Shown piece after piece: positions 50,001 through 61,800 of a stretch of 64,000 nt of DNA. This DNA is from Takakia lepidozioides (lineage: Eukaryota > Plantae > Bryophyta), in contig CM060732.1 in assembly GCA_030704615.1 (NCBI GenBank), forward strand, positions 64,542,001 through 64,606,000, given 5' to 3'. The translations under genes were made by a program, and so were the position numbers. Every line of letters starts with the position of its first letter. Position 1 is the first letter of the stretch. Under the pieces are notes generated by a model. It saw only the letters and a list, made by a program, of their open reading frames with translations. It searched no databases and had not been told where the DNA came from.

Positions 50001-50097
50001 GACAAAGCCTGAGCGCATTGACAACATGTATGGCTTTAAGCGGTCACAGCACCTATATGGTTCTCTCAAGGGTGGTAGACATGAGGCTTACAGGTGA
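47029..50097 (+). CDS. Insulin-degrading enzyme-like M16A zinc metallopeptidase (PXM16-like), intronless
   Basis: Single 1022-aa ORF. GLAHFLEHMLF (HXXEH), FHKFGTGNLETL, HLIGHE, FHQLRTVEQLGYIV. Confidence 0.96.
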   Translation: MKEVAMEGVMLKPRTDGREYRRVVLSNALQVLIISDPETDKAAAAMDVNVGSFSDPEGLEGLAHFLEHMLFFSSEKYPEEDSYCKYLTEHGGHSNAFTAAEDTNFHFDVSADYLEEALDRFAQFFICPLLSADAASREINAVNSENSKNLTMDMWRMNQLTRLISSNDHPFHKFGTGNLETLEVGPKARGVDTRDELVKFYNSHYSSNLMRLVIYGRESVDELEKLAVDKFSAIKNTGRAAERFSGQPCLPEHLQIIVKAVPVREGHTLELMFPVSPEIQKYKEAPSRYLGHLIGHEADGSLFALLKRLGWANSLSAGEMDSSLDFGFFMIAIELTDIGQEHMQEVVCLTFQYIRVLQQHGVSEWIFEELHAVCEMKFHFQDKRPPISYATDLVSNMQQYPWEDWLAASSLPRNFDAEAIANLIQQLIPESVRIFWYSKQFEGKTTAKEPWYGTGYAIERIEDQLLKEWATAPIEPRLHVPAPNVFIPTDFTVRDPEPKVEHPFILRKTQMSRLWYKPDTKFHTPKACIQIQFNCPESHYSPEGSVLTRIFTKLLVDYLNEYAYYAEVAGLNYSIMTTVTGFQVSVSGYHHKLIILAQKIIDKIVNFEVEEERFAVIKEKVMKDYLNFRFQQPYQQVLYNCSLLLEQKRWHTNEYVEVLPFLGAHDLTAFFPRILSRIFFECYIAGNLTSKEAEALAEHVETTLSDGPIVKAKPPFASQHSEQRIVKLEPGIDLYYPTAGTNPQDENSALQVYFQVGQDDTGTNVLLELFVLAAKREVFHQLRTVEQLGYIVFLMSKNDYGVRGTHFIIQSTTKDPQGLDARVEAFLKQFDSELQKMTDEEFKKNVDTLIEIKLEKHKNLWEESRFFWGEIDDGTLMFDRAQVEVVALQKVEKQQLLEFVAQNIQWNAPKRRKLSIQVYGNQHLTEYEVAKGETTTSTKENGSVSENGSDGVNGVKVTTDGPVPNADFNNKVTREEDATPKSAVSNGKVVMTKPERIDNMYGFKRSQHLYGSLKGGRHEAYR

Positions 50098-53000
50098 TTT
50101 GTAGGTATGGTTCACAATCATATTGTGCACATTTTTCATGATCATTTATTCCAATGTCTCAATTGTCCGAGGTTCATAGAAACTCATGGGGTTGTTCTGA
50201 GATACTCCTTCAAGGTCTGTGTTGAAATGACTATCCCTGTTCGCTGTTCCCTGTTCGCTGAGAGATAAATCATGTCTCTTCTCCTGTTCAACCATGCAGA
50301 AGCTGTTAACATGCCATCTGTGAGGCTTGTGTCTGCCAAAGGTTCTTCACTCGGCTATTTTGGCTCTCAAAAAACCAACTGGGTTTTCCACAATATCCGT
50401 TCATCCTCCAAGATGTCCAGGTTCTCTGACTGCTCTAATAACCCACGGACGCCACCATGTGATGTGCTTTACCGAAAAGCCATATCAGAACATAACATGA
50501 TTGGCAGAGGGTGGAGACCACCAGTAATAGTGGGATTGTGGGCTGATAGGTGATGACCAGCATACACCCTCACTAAATAGTTGAATGACACAGGTATCCC
50601 ATTGCACTTAATATACCTTATACAATATGACAATGATTGATTTTAAGAATTCCCAGCATTTGCATATACCAGATGTTAGCATTGAACGGAGATTGTTATG
50701 TCATCTGAATGTGACCTGACAGTTGGCGGATTTTCCCACCGGAGAAGGGCCTTCCCATCCACCACTTCATTTCAGCACTTCGGCTGCAGTCTTGTCTCTC
50801 CCCTCATAATACTTGGATGTTCTTCAACAATTAAAGGAAACCAAGGAACCGCAGCAACAGCATTCAATGCAGCCAGTCTCACAACATATGGCACGCCTTG
50901 ATACCTTGAATACCTTGAGAGTATTGAGGATATCATGAGGACATGAAAGTGGGCATAATCATAGACGTAGTTTACAATTATCCATGCTCATTGCTTAACT
51001 CACTTGCTCCATCTTCTTGACAAATCCTCACTGGGAGTAGATTCTAAAGAAGACATTGTGCATCAGTGCTTAACCATTATCATGTTCTAGGCGCTACCAG
51101 AATGTCAAGTATGAGTTCTCATCCCTGGACACAAACCTCAAAATGTTGACCTCGCATAGCAGTACAGATCTCTTTCCATCAGTGCCTTACTAATAGTTTC
51201 AAGTGACAAAAGCATAGATAGCTACACAGGTCAAAACTTGGGAGTTGACTCGAGTAACATATCCAAAATTTAGAGGTAACCCTCCGCAAGGGTGGGACCC
51301 CTAGCTTCTCCTCCCTCTGTGCTGCCATGTATCCCGGGGGATCCTTCAGAGGCTCCTGGTATTCCTCCAAGACCACCTAGGTCACCTTCAATACATCCCT
51401 CATCTCCCAGCTTAGGCACAGTATCCACTACTCCCACCAGTTTGTCTTCCTTTTTATCAAACCCGGGATCAACTACAAGATCTTCTCCTTCTTCCAAGAG
51501 CCCACCGGTGTGTGTTTCAACACAACTACTGCTCCTTCCCTGCACCCAAAACATAATAAGATTGTGTTGTCTTCTCCCACTCTCGTCTCTCTCGTTCCCT
51601 CTTTCTCTGTCCAATTTTCCGCCTAAACTGGACACGCTGTCTATGGCCCCAATGACATTTGGGGTTCTTAGTTTCTCTTGAAGTTATACTCTGTTCCATT
51701 GGGCCCCATTTAGCTTCCTGTGGGCATAATATATAATGTCCTTCTCCGTCAACACTCAGAGGTGCACACTATTCTCACTGGAGTAACTGGCAGTATGTGC
51801 AACCAACAACAGTCATTTGACTAAATCATCCATCCAGGCTTGTCCTCCAGCACAGTTTAACTCTGCAGGGAGGAGTCTACAAGACAAATCCCAAGTATGC
51901 AACCTGCTGAGGCACTGTACCTGTGGCCCAATCCCAGCTGTGTCCACGCAGGCATCTTCCCAAAGCCCGTTGCTTGGCTCTGGGTTGTGAGTGCAAGTTA
52001 CCTCAGTCTGTTTCATGCTATTGACTACACCTACAACACCTTCTGCAGCGGCACGCACTTTCTCAGCTGCCAACCGAAAGGCCTCCTGCCAGCTCCAACA
52101 GACCTCAGTTAGTCATAAGACCATTGATCAAAGGGTGTCCCTAATAGTTGGACCCAGGAAGTGAACACCCTTGACTTCAATCCACATGGTGCAATACAAG
52201 AAACCCTTGCAATATGTCAAGGAAGGCAGTTACAATTGAATGCTACAGGACCGACCAAGGCAAGTTTAATCTAGAACACAAAAGTAATAGACAGGGTAAA
52301 GGCTTGAGTTAAGTGTCCACTTCCTATATTGTAGACAGCCCCCTCCCAGACCAACAAAGGATACATTGGACCTTTTTTCCTATATTAAATACTCAAGTAG
52401 GGAGGTCCAGGTCCTAAGGAAACCTAAGATATTGGCCAGATATAGGTCGCAGACAAAACTAGACATTGCCCTAGAAGAACGTTGTTTACCTGAATACCTT
52501 CCGGGGGTAAGGCACAGTCTTCTAGGCCAGCATCTTCCAGTTTAGGAGGGAAGGATGCCAAATACTCAGCGTTGCTATTGAACTCCATGCTTGACCCTCG
52601 CCGCTGTTACGAAAAACTTATCAAACTCTTGTCAGTGAGCTAGGTTAAAAAGTTGAAAACTCCTTATCTCCTGCTCTAACCACCCTGAAAGCACAAAGAG
52701 TCTCACTCCGTGCGTGTATGTCTCTCTCTCTCTCACACACACATCCATGCAGTGCAAACCACAGCCACGGTGTCAGATTGGCGGCTAGTACAGAAGCTAT
52801 AATCAATGTCATGCTTTTAGCATGATATCGATGCCAGCACGTATTGACATGGAATGTCGTCGGCTGTGGAAATGCCTAACAGGAGCGCGAGAACATAATT
52901 TGCAGTGGTCAACTTAGCAAAAAACAGTCGATGCCATCTCTTCCCCATTCTCTCCCACAGTCACAATGCAACACACAATTTGAGGCGCGTCTCACCAAGA

Positions 53001-53587
53001 TGGTCTATGACGAAGCTTTGGGGTTGAAATCAAAGCGCCGCTTGAACTTGGCCAGCTGCCCAACCGCCTCAGATTGCTTACCAGGGTCACGCACATAGAA
53101 GGGACGATCGATCTTGAAAGCCTTTCCAGCCAGCACCCTGATCAACCGACCGTGCGGCGACACTATAGAGATCCACTGCAGCGCCGGATGTGCCCCCTTC
53201 TTCATCTCCCCCCCGACCTCCACCCCCTCGCTCTTCTCCCTCCCCCCGACCACTTCCTCAACCAAACCCACCACCCCCCCTGAAGCTGGAACCCAAGACT
53301 GCGTGGCTGGAACCCCAGCCACGACATCATCCATCCAAAACCTCACCGTGGATGCATGTAAACCCCGTTTGGATGTGAAGCTTCTAGACACATCAGAGCA
53401 TGAAAAGGTGTATAGAGAATCCGTACTTGCAGTACAAACGTACATATAGTGTACGTATACAGTACTAATACGAGCGGGATGATCTATATGTACATACGGT
53501 GTTTTTTCCTTTTTTAATGAATGGTTTTAGGTTTTATTTGTTTCCTTGTTTAATTTGATTATCAGCAGCCTGAGGGCACCGAAGTTC

Positions 53588-56500
53588 CTTTTTTTTTTTT
53601 TTTTTTCTAAGAACAGGGGGATTGTAGTTCTGGAAATTTTATTATAAGTTATTGGGGGAAAAAAATTAAAACCCCCATTTACACCATAAGGCACACACAC
53701 CGTGATCAGTCAGATTCAAAGGAAAGGTGGGCCTTCGACTTTCCCTTCTTGATACTGCGCTTGTGGCGCCAATTAACATCGGATTCCTCATGTCCCTCAA
53801 GCTGCTGCGCACTGACCGAGCTGCCAACATGTCAAGAAGCCGTCGTTCCAGATAACCTCTGATTCGGAGGTTCTTGTGCAGAGGTGCCCTCTTTGTCCCC
53901 ATGAGTTATCAAAGCTAGCGAGTAGCTGCAGCCTTCGTCCATTCGAGCATCTAGCAGAAGCTGCACACAAGACCCGCCATGACGTCTAAGTGAACTCTAT
54001 GCAGGATCGCTACTGCCGAAGGGAGCACCCCCCATACCAACGAGCATCTACTTTTCCAAATGTTCCACAGAGCATGTCCCCGCAAGGCTATAAGGATATA
54101 AGTTCCACATCCCACCCTCATGCATGTTAAGAAGCAATACGGGAATATCTAGAGACAGGTCAGATCTAAGATCTATAGAAAACGGAAACCACTCTCCAAA
54201 CAAAGGAGGCAAAAGGGCACTCCACCCAGACAATCCTCAATGGTTTCCAGGGCACCGAGGTTGCAGATAGAACAAGAGAGAGGAGCGATATCAATGAAGG
54301 CAGCAACAGGAAGAACCCTATTGACTAACTTCCATAAGAAACCACTAAGCTTAGATGCACGATCCTTCCTCCACACGTCCTTCCAAATAGATTTCCAGTT
54401 AGTTGGGAGAGTAGGGAGAATCCCCCATGTTTGACAGGGGGGGCTGGATCGCATTTGCCAGTAACTTGACAGAACACCCAAATTGCGAATAGATCAGATT
54501 CCGGGGCCTGCGAGAGGAACGGGCTATGGAGGGCCCCGTTTTGCCCTACCTTAAAACGCCAGCCGTGAACAATCTATGCAGAGCAGCACTTGCGGTGCTT
54601 GCCCCAAGCCATGTTGGAAGCGGACGGATGTTTTGAGGAAAAGAGCACAGGGTGTTAGGCAGGGTTGTCCTCTTGCACCCTTTCTTTTCATTTTAAGGGC
54701 GGACGCTCTTGGCTATTTGCTATCCTCCAATAATTCGATTCAGGGCCTTAAGATACCTCATTCTTTGCCTTCCCCTCAGAGTATCAAAACCTCTATGTAC
54801 GCTGATGATAAGTTTGATTGATTGATAACTCCTCCCGTGCTAATGTCTTAGCCACTCTGGGGCCTTGTGCACTTTTTGTTCAGCCTTCGGGATAAACTGG
54901 TCGAAAATTGTGGCTCTTATAAGCTGTCCCCGTAGGTTGTAACGTCGCATTTAGCCCCGTGGGGCCACAAGCTGGGATTGATATTTCAGATCAGCAGCGA
55001 TGTGGAGAGCTCTGTCATTGCTAAGCTGCGGAAGAGCCTTTCATACTGCAGCTCCCTCAGCCTCTCCATAGTAGGGAGGGCCCTAGTAGCTAATCAAGTG
55101 CTCTTCGGCTCTGTATGGTTCAACGCGGCTAGTGTTTGGTCCCCTGGGTCTCCGATCATCAAGCAAATCAAAGCGTTAGTAAGGAACTTCCTGTGGGGGG
55201 GATCTCCTTCGAAGCCTTCAAGGAGAGCTCTGGTAAACTGGGCTCAAGTTACCCAAAAAAACATTTCGGGGGACTGGGGATCATAGATCCACTGTCTCAA
55301 ATTCTTTCTCTACTGGCAAAATGGGTACCCAAGTTACTTACTCACCTCTCCTCTCCATGGTCAGGGAGCATGTCATTAGTGTTACGTCAGTGTCTGGCTA
55401 GTGGCCTTTCTTGCTAAAATGGATTATGCGGGCCGGCTCGAGATCAGCCAGAGCATCACCCATTGGGTACAAGGCCTGGCAGTCCATATGGAATGCATGG
55501 CTCTGCATCAGGCCTATGTTGTTTCAGTCGTGCCCTGCGGAGGCCCTTCACCAACCTCTATTCGCTAATTATAATTCGGACTCTCAATCGCTTTTGGAGT
55601 GTTCTAAGAAGTGGGCTTTCTGGGAGCATAGCGGTGTCTCGAACTTTTGTGATGTGTGGGACGTGGCCTCACTTCTGCCTAAGCAATCGGTGACCACCAA
55701 TATGCCAGCTAGAAGAGCAAGTGCCTGGGATTGCATTGTGAGGGAACTACGTCCATCCTAAGATATAAACACCCCAGACAGAACCAACTTCTGAAGGACA
55801 CCTAGGAGGAAGGTCCAATCCACATTGTCAAAGCCTTTTCGAAGTCCAACATGAGCAAGGCCAAAGGCTGGTCCTGCACCTCGGCATGATGAAGACCTCT
55901 ATGGAAAGCAGAATGTTATCAAGAATCCTGCGGTTCTTCATGAAGCCAGACTGTTCGGGGCGAACTAGTTTATACAAGATGGGTTGCAATCTACTGGCTA
56001 AGGCCTTAGCAATAATCTTTTAAGAAGAATTAAGGAGGGTGATCGGCTATAGTTAGAGATAAGATCTCTGTCACCCTTTTTTAAGATGAGAGTGATCACA
56101 CCTTGCGATAACTGAGATGGCAAGATGCCCTTGGCAAGGACATCGTTTGCCATGAGAAGAAAATCATCACCCACCTCCCGCCAAAGGAATTTAAAGAATT
56201 CAACCTGAGCCCATCTAACCCAGGAGATTTATTAGAAGCAAGAGCTTCAATGGCATCGCGGAGCTCCTCATGGTAAAGGGAGCGTTCAGGTCTCTTTGAT
56301 CTTCATCCGAAAAAATCCTAGCAACGGATGAAAGGAGTACAAGATTTCTGCTAGAAGAAACGTCAGGGGAAGTAGAGGGAGCAGAGAACAAATTCTGGAA
56401 GTAAGAAGCCGCAAAAGAGGCCATAGTTTTGGAGAGGATGGAATTTGAATCGTCGCGCAAGGAGGAGATGGTGGTGGCAGCCTGCCTTTGCTTGGTTTTC

Positions 56501-57375
56501 TGAAAGAAGTAGGTAGTCATCTTTTCCCCTTTCAGGGACCAGCTGACACATGCCTTTCTTTTACGATAGACTTCTTTAGAGGCTCTTAAGTCTCACAAAT
56601 TGCGTCTACAGAGTGGCTGGACCCACTTTGTTCGACTCAATCAGCCATTGAAAGTGGGAGATGCACGTGATCAAAGCCTTCTCTCTGTTGGACCTGGCCA
56701 GAGATATCGCCTTAGACAGGATCTAGGCCAATTTTCTGGTGGCAACTCTTGTGGAGAAACCTAAGGGTTGGAGACACCCTCCCTCCTCCGTGATAAGCCT
56801 GTGACTAAGAAGTTGGTGTCGGTGTGGAGACACTCTGCCAATTACTATTTAAAATAACTCCTACCTTTGCGATGAAGACCAGGGGGCTTAAGTTCGATGG
56901 AGACTAATGCATGATCGAAATCAGGGAGGATTGGCGGAATAGGGATGGAGAACAATAAATTCTATCAAGCCTAGCCATGGAGAGCTCGGGGGGCTGCTCC
57001 AAGGCCCCCCAAAACCATCATGGAGCAACTGCACCAGGTAAACCCAAGAGCTGAAAAAGAATCCAAGAAGCCTGCAATAGCAAAGCACATCCTATCCAAG
57101 GCAGATTGCTCTTCAGGGGATAGAGAGTGCGCAGAAGCACCAAACCTTGTCTATCACCAGGGGCTTCCACCATAAAGTCACCCGCTAAAATCCAGTTGGA
57201 GACCTAGGGGTTATTGAGAATATTGGAGTGCGGCATGGACCAGAGAGAATCCTATCAGCCACCGAATTAGGAGCATAAATATTAATGAACGCAGTAGGTC
57301 CAAAAATAGAAGTCGCAAAAGCAAAAGCGCATTGGGCTCTACCATGCATCCAGGACTCAACTTTGAGAAAAGAAG
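53588..57375 (-). mobile_element. Degenerate L1-like LINE with inverted internal segment (~54550-55760)
   Basis: Minus strand: endonuclease (FINIYAPN, WILAGDF, ARLDR), RT start (DFEKAFDNVDW), zf-RVT (FLWKLVNRVLP...CSIC). Plus strand: GVRQGCPLAP, YADD, GGLGIID. A poly(T) tract at ~53588-53606 may be the tail. Confidence 0.85.
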
Positions 57376-57397
57376 ACCCTACTTAGGGTGGTATTTT

Positions 57398-58837
57398 CCC
57401 AGTGTTGTGCGGGTAAATAGATTTTTGCTTACCCTCCGGTAAGGATAAATAGAAATAAGAGGATTATTTATCCTCCAGGTAAGGGCAAATTATTTATATG
57501 TCCAGTTATTTATCCTACAGATAAAGGGTAAAGACCAATACTTTTGACCGGTAAGGATAAATGATGTACCCTTTATATACCCGTTGGGTAAATAGAGGAT
57601 ATATTGAAGGATATATAATATTTTTTGTTTGTTGTGCTCAACTCAAAAATATAATTAAATTAATTAGATAATCAAATTTTGGTCTTTTTTTGGTGTAGTA
57701 TGAGGCTGATACCTCATCTCTTGATGATGTTTCATCACATAAAAGATAATAATGAAACAAAGAAAAATATGACTATGCACTGTAATATATAATTTCAAGG
57801 CCTATGGCTAATAAAATGACATAATCACTGTATCCTCTCTTTGAAGTTCTCCATGCTTTGTCCTTTTCGAAAATAGAATACACATCTCACATCCTTCAGA
57901 TTCAAACCCATATCAGGGGCAGTTGTAGGCAAGCGTACTACTGCATCTTTCAATTTATTCCGTGTAAAATGTAAACCGAGGAAACAAATATCCCTTGTGA
58001 ACAGGGCCTCCTCTCCACCCCGTCTTTAAAATGACCTGATATTGCATATCAAGGTCTCTGTACATCAGTATGTTTCTTATTAGATTCACCAAATCAAGCT
58101 GCGATATATAACAGCTCATGTGCCAATGATGGCTGCATTGAAAACATCCACCCCAGGAACAAACAAGAGAACAGAGAGCCATCCACTCCAGTTCCGAAGG
58201 GAAGGAAATACAGCCACAAGCAACCTGAAAAACTCTGGCTGGTCTCTCCTGACCGTCTTCCTACCTAATCTTGTATTTGATTTTACTGCCCTGCGCACGG
58301 GCATCATCCGTCTTCCCACCCCCCCATCTAATTCACTACCCTTCTCACTTCACTGGCTTGTTGGGCAACGCTGAAGAGTATAGGGTTAACAAAAAACCAC
58401 GGTAGTCACATCAAGACTAGTGGCCACGCCCATCGTAGTGATGAAAACACCTGCTCCTGCAGCACCTGATGTTGTGGAAGAGCGGATCAACAACCTTCAG
58501 ATTCAAAACTTGCGACCTTCAGATGTGAAAAAGGGATGGAGGGTGGGCATACTTCAAACTCGAAGCCTTGAGTAACTGCCATTGCATTTAGATGGGAAGG
58601 AAAGAACGAAAGAACCAGTCGCCCCTCCAGTTGCCAAGAAGGGCAAGTTATCATACATTTCTTTATTTATCCTTTTTATTTACCCTTGACTATTAAGTAT
58701 TTACCTGCGGGTAAAGGGTATATGGGAACTATTTACCCTTCAGACGGGTAAAGGGTAAGGGTAACTCAGATTATTTACCCGTCTGAAGGATAAGGGTAAG
58801 GGTAAATGAAATGGCCTCTCATTTTTGAATAATTGGG
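57398..58837. mobile_element. Probable non-autonomous DNA transposon remnant with GGGTAAA/TTTACCC subterminal repeats (hAT-like?)
   Basis: Motif clusters at 57400-57600 and 58660-58810. Starts CCCAGTGTT and ends AATAATTGGG. No TSD seen. Confidence 0.45.
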
Positions 58838-61800
58838 AGTTTATGTCTCACGTGCGGGCCAGGACGCGCACGGACGCACGGCCGCAGGGTCGCCCCCGCG
58901 CTCGGCTCCTGCACCGGCCATCCGCGCGGCGCAGCACAGTCGGTAGCCCTGCAGCACCGCACCCGCGGTCCGTGGCCCGCGGTCGCGCTGTGTCCGCTGA
59001 CGCGCCCGTCCCCGCTGGGTCTGCCCGCGGCTCGGTCTGCCCCAAGCTGGGTCTGCCCAGGCTAGGTCTGTTGGGTCTGCCGGAAGAGCAGACCGAACCG
59101 ACAGACCCAAGCGGACCCAAGCAGACCCCATATGACGTGGCGTGCATCTGACCGTCAAGCCACACTGCCATCCTATCCGTCCGGATTTAGGGCATCGCAT
59201 CGCAGCCGCCAATCTGCGAGTGTTTCCTCGATCTTTTCCTCCCTTGTCGTTTGTTCCTACCGCCTGGCTTCCCTCCTGGCAAGAACGTGCGTGTTGTCGT
59301 CCTTCGCTTCTACCTTTGCAGGTCCTATTGCAGGTGCTGAAGCGTGCGCGAAAGGATACTGTAGTGTATATGGCAGCGGCCGTCGATGCCCAACCTGAAA
59401 GCTTTCTTATATGTCCACTGCGACAATGTCTTCAAACACCAAAGGATGGGCCATTTTCCTACAAAGATCTTTACTGGAAGAATGAGAGTCGCTCTGGATA
59501 CATGGGCACTCAAGTGCGCGTCCAGATGGCATGTATTCCCTGGGGGAGAGTGGGCGACTTTGTACTTGGAGAGGAGAGTAGAGACGGGTGTTCCACCCAA
59601 TTTTACATAAATGTGCACGTTCACACGAAGCCTGGAACGAGAACAGCTCCAAGAGCTAACACATATCTAACCTATGTCATGTCTGCACCATATTCCCGCA
59701 CTTCCAATTTCTTCCTGTGCTTGCGCCCTATGTACATGTTGATGTAGATAGGGTTCATACTCTCTTACATGCTTGCAGAACTCCAACTCCATGGGTGTCG
59801 ATGACAAATTCCAATACGACCCTGTCCAGGTATTAGTGTTGCTATGGTCCAGAGGACAAGCCCACTAACAATGTGAATGTGAGGGATCCGAAGGTCTGGA
59901 AGCGTTCTCCGCAACATCACGTTTTCATGATCATATGATGTTTCAAGTATTTTTGCGGCACATTTGCTGAACTGTTACAGGTGGAGAATATAAATAGATT
60001 GGGAAAATAAGAACTGGACAAGCACCTCATTACCAAACAAGACACATTACAAAAGACCCCATCATGTCGAATTTCCGAATGCTGAACCATCTCGCTCGTT
60101 CATTGTAGCACCCTCCCCTATGAAGGTTTTTTTGTACCGTCACCTGCTTCGTAATGCGGTCTCCGTTCGTCACATTAAATCCAAGCTTGAGAGTATTTTG
60201 GTTCTCTAGCAAAAGGAACGGAAAACACAATGAATCATTTACCTTCCATTGTCTAGTCTCCGACTTCGTTGTGTGATAGTTGTACTTTTTTGGCCTCCCC
60301 CTCAGCTCGAAGAAATTTTGGGCATGTGCAACTTTCTCGGGAAATGTTGTGTCAAATCTCTGCGCCTTATTCGGGTCGTTTAGGAGCTTAGATAGCTTCA
60401 CGAGCCTCATAAGATCCTTTGACCATATAATCTTTGAGGGCCAGTCAGTGTAATACTTCTTAAGATTGTCGTCGTCTATGTCTTGCACAAGTTCCTGCGA
60501 CAGAATTGAATAAGGTTAGAAATGCTATCAACCTAACAAGCATGTTGTTTAAAGTTGATGAATCTCCACTATCCAGTGGAGGTTCATGTTGTTACAAAAA
60601 TTGGATTTTGTCGGGAAATTTACCTTGGCAGCAATGATCGTGTGTTGTCCACCGATGACGAAGAATCTGGATTTTCCACCTCCTTCCAGTTTCGAGGTTT
60701 CGAACTAGAAACCTCCATAGGCTTTTCGGGGTTTGCGGGAATCAAATAAACTGGATGTTTGGAGTCGAACACCCGGAGCTGGTAAAGACGCGCTTTGACT
60801 TCGTCTTTGTGCTTCACATTTAGGGGCCTGTACACCATATCTCTGGGAGCAAGCTCCATCATGGAAACTTTGACGTCCTGGGTCGCCTCAAACCCAAAAG
60901 GAAACATGTCCTTGTAGTCTTGCTCCAGCCTCTCCAGCATCTTCTCACATTTGTCTTTGTCGAATATGTCTGCAGCCTTGGGTTTCTTGGTATCTGTCAT
61001 GAACGCAGGATCCATCTCCTCCTTTTGTTTCTTCTTTCCCCCTAATGTACCGGCTTCATTGTCATCACCACCGGCGTCAAATGGATTTCTGTTTTCCCTT
61101 CTTTGGCTTCGCTCTTGCAGCCTCTTCCTCCCGCGTCTTTGCAATCTCCTTACCCTTTAAGTAAAGCACATCCAAGAAAATACCCCAAGCCATACAAAAA
61201 CCTTCATCTGTAAATTGAGTACCCTCGTCGCAATATGTGAACACCGCTCGAATGGACTCTCTCATCATGGCCTTCCTTAGAATTCGTACCTCCAGTTTGA
61301 AGCCAAACGTTCTGGGAAATCTACCATCTTCCATCATGAACATTACCAACATCGGAAATTCCACATCCATCTCCAGCTCTACGTCGACCACATCTGCATA
61401 TTTGAGCTCGGCGACCTCTGCACCAATCTTGTATTGGAACCGGAACTTATGGTCCGGAGATGTGCCAACGGGTAAAATGCCCCATTCTGTGATCTCCGAG
61501 TTCAACTCAAAAATTGCCAGGTGATCATTCTTGAAATTCGGAGATTTTCGAGAAACATGAGGAGGTCCGGACATCGGGGCTGGAACCAGTAATCCTCACA
61601 AAGGTCCAAGACGAAAGAAAAGTGAATACGGCGAGTCATACAATCGTGGTTGTCTCTGTTCTTTCAAAGTCTCGCAATGTTTTCTTGCTCCAAACATTGG
61701 AGTCATCACATATTATAACAACATGCAACACTTGGATGTGTCCGGAAAACCCTCTCATGGCGGGTATGCCCAGTTTCAGTTCAGCCGATATGCCTATGCT

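Noticed and set aside
51179-53449. Pro/Ser-rich short ORFs as genes
   Set aside because: No recognisable domain or consistent splice structure. Probably decayed repeats.
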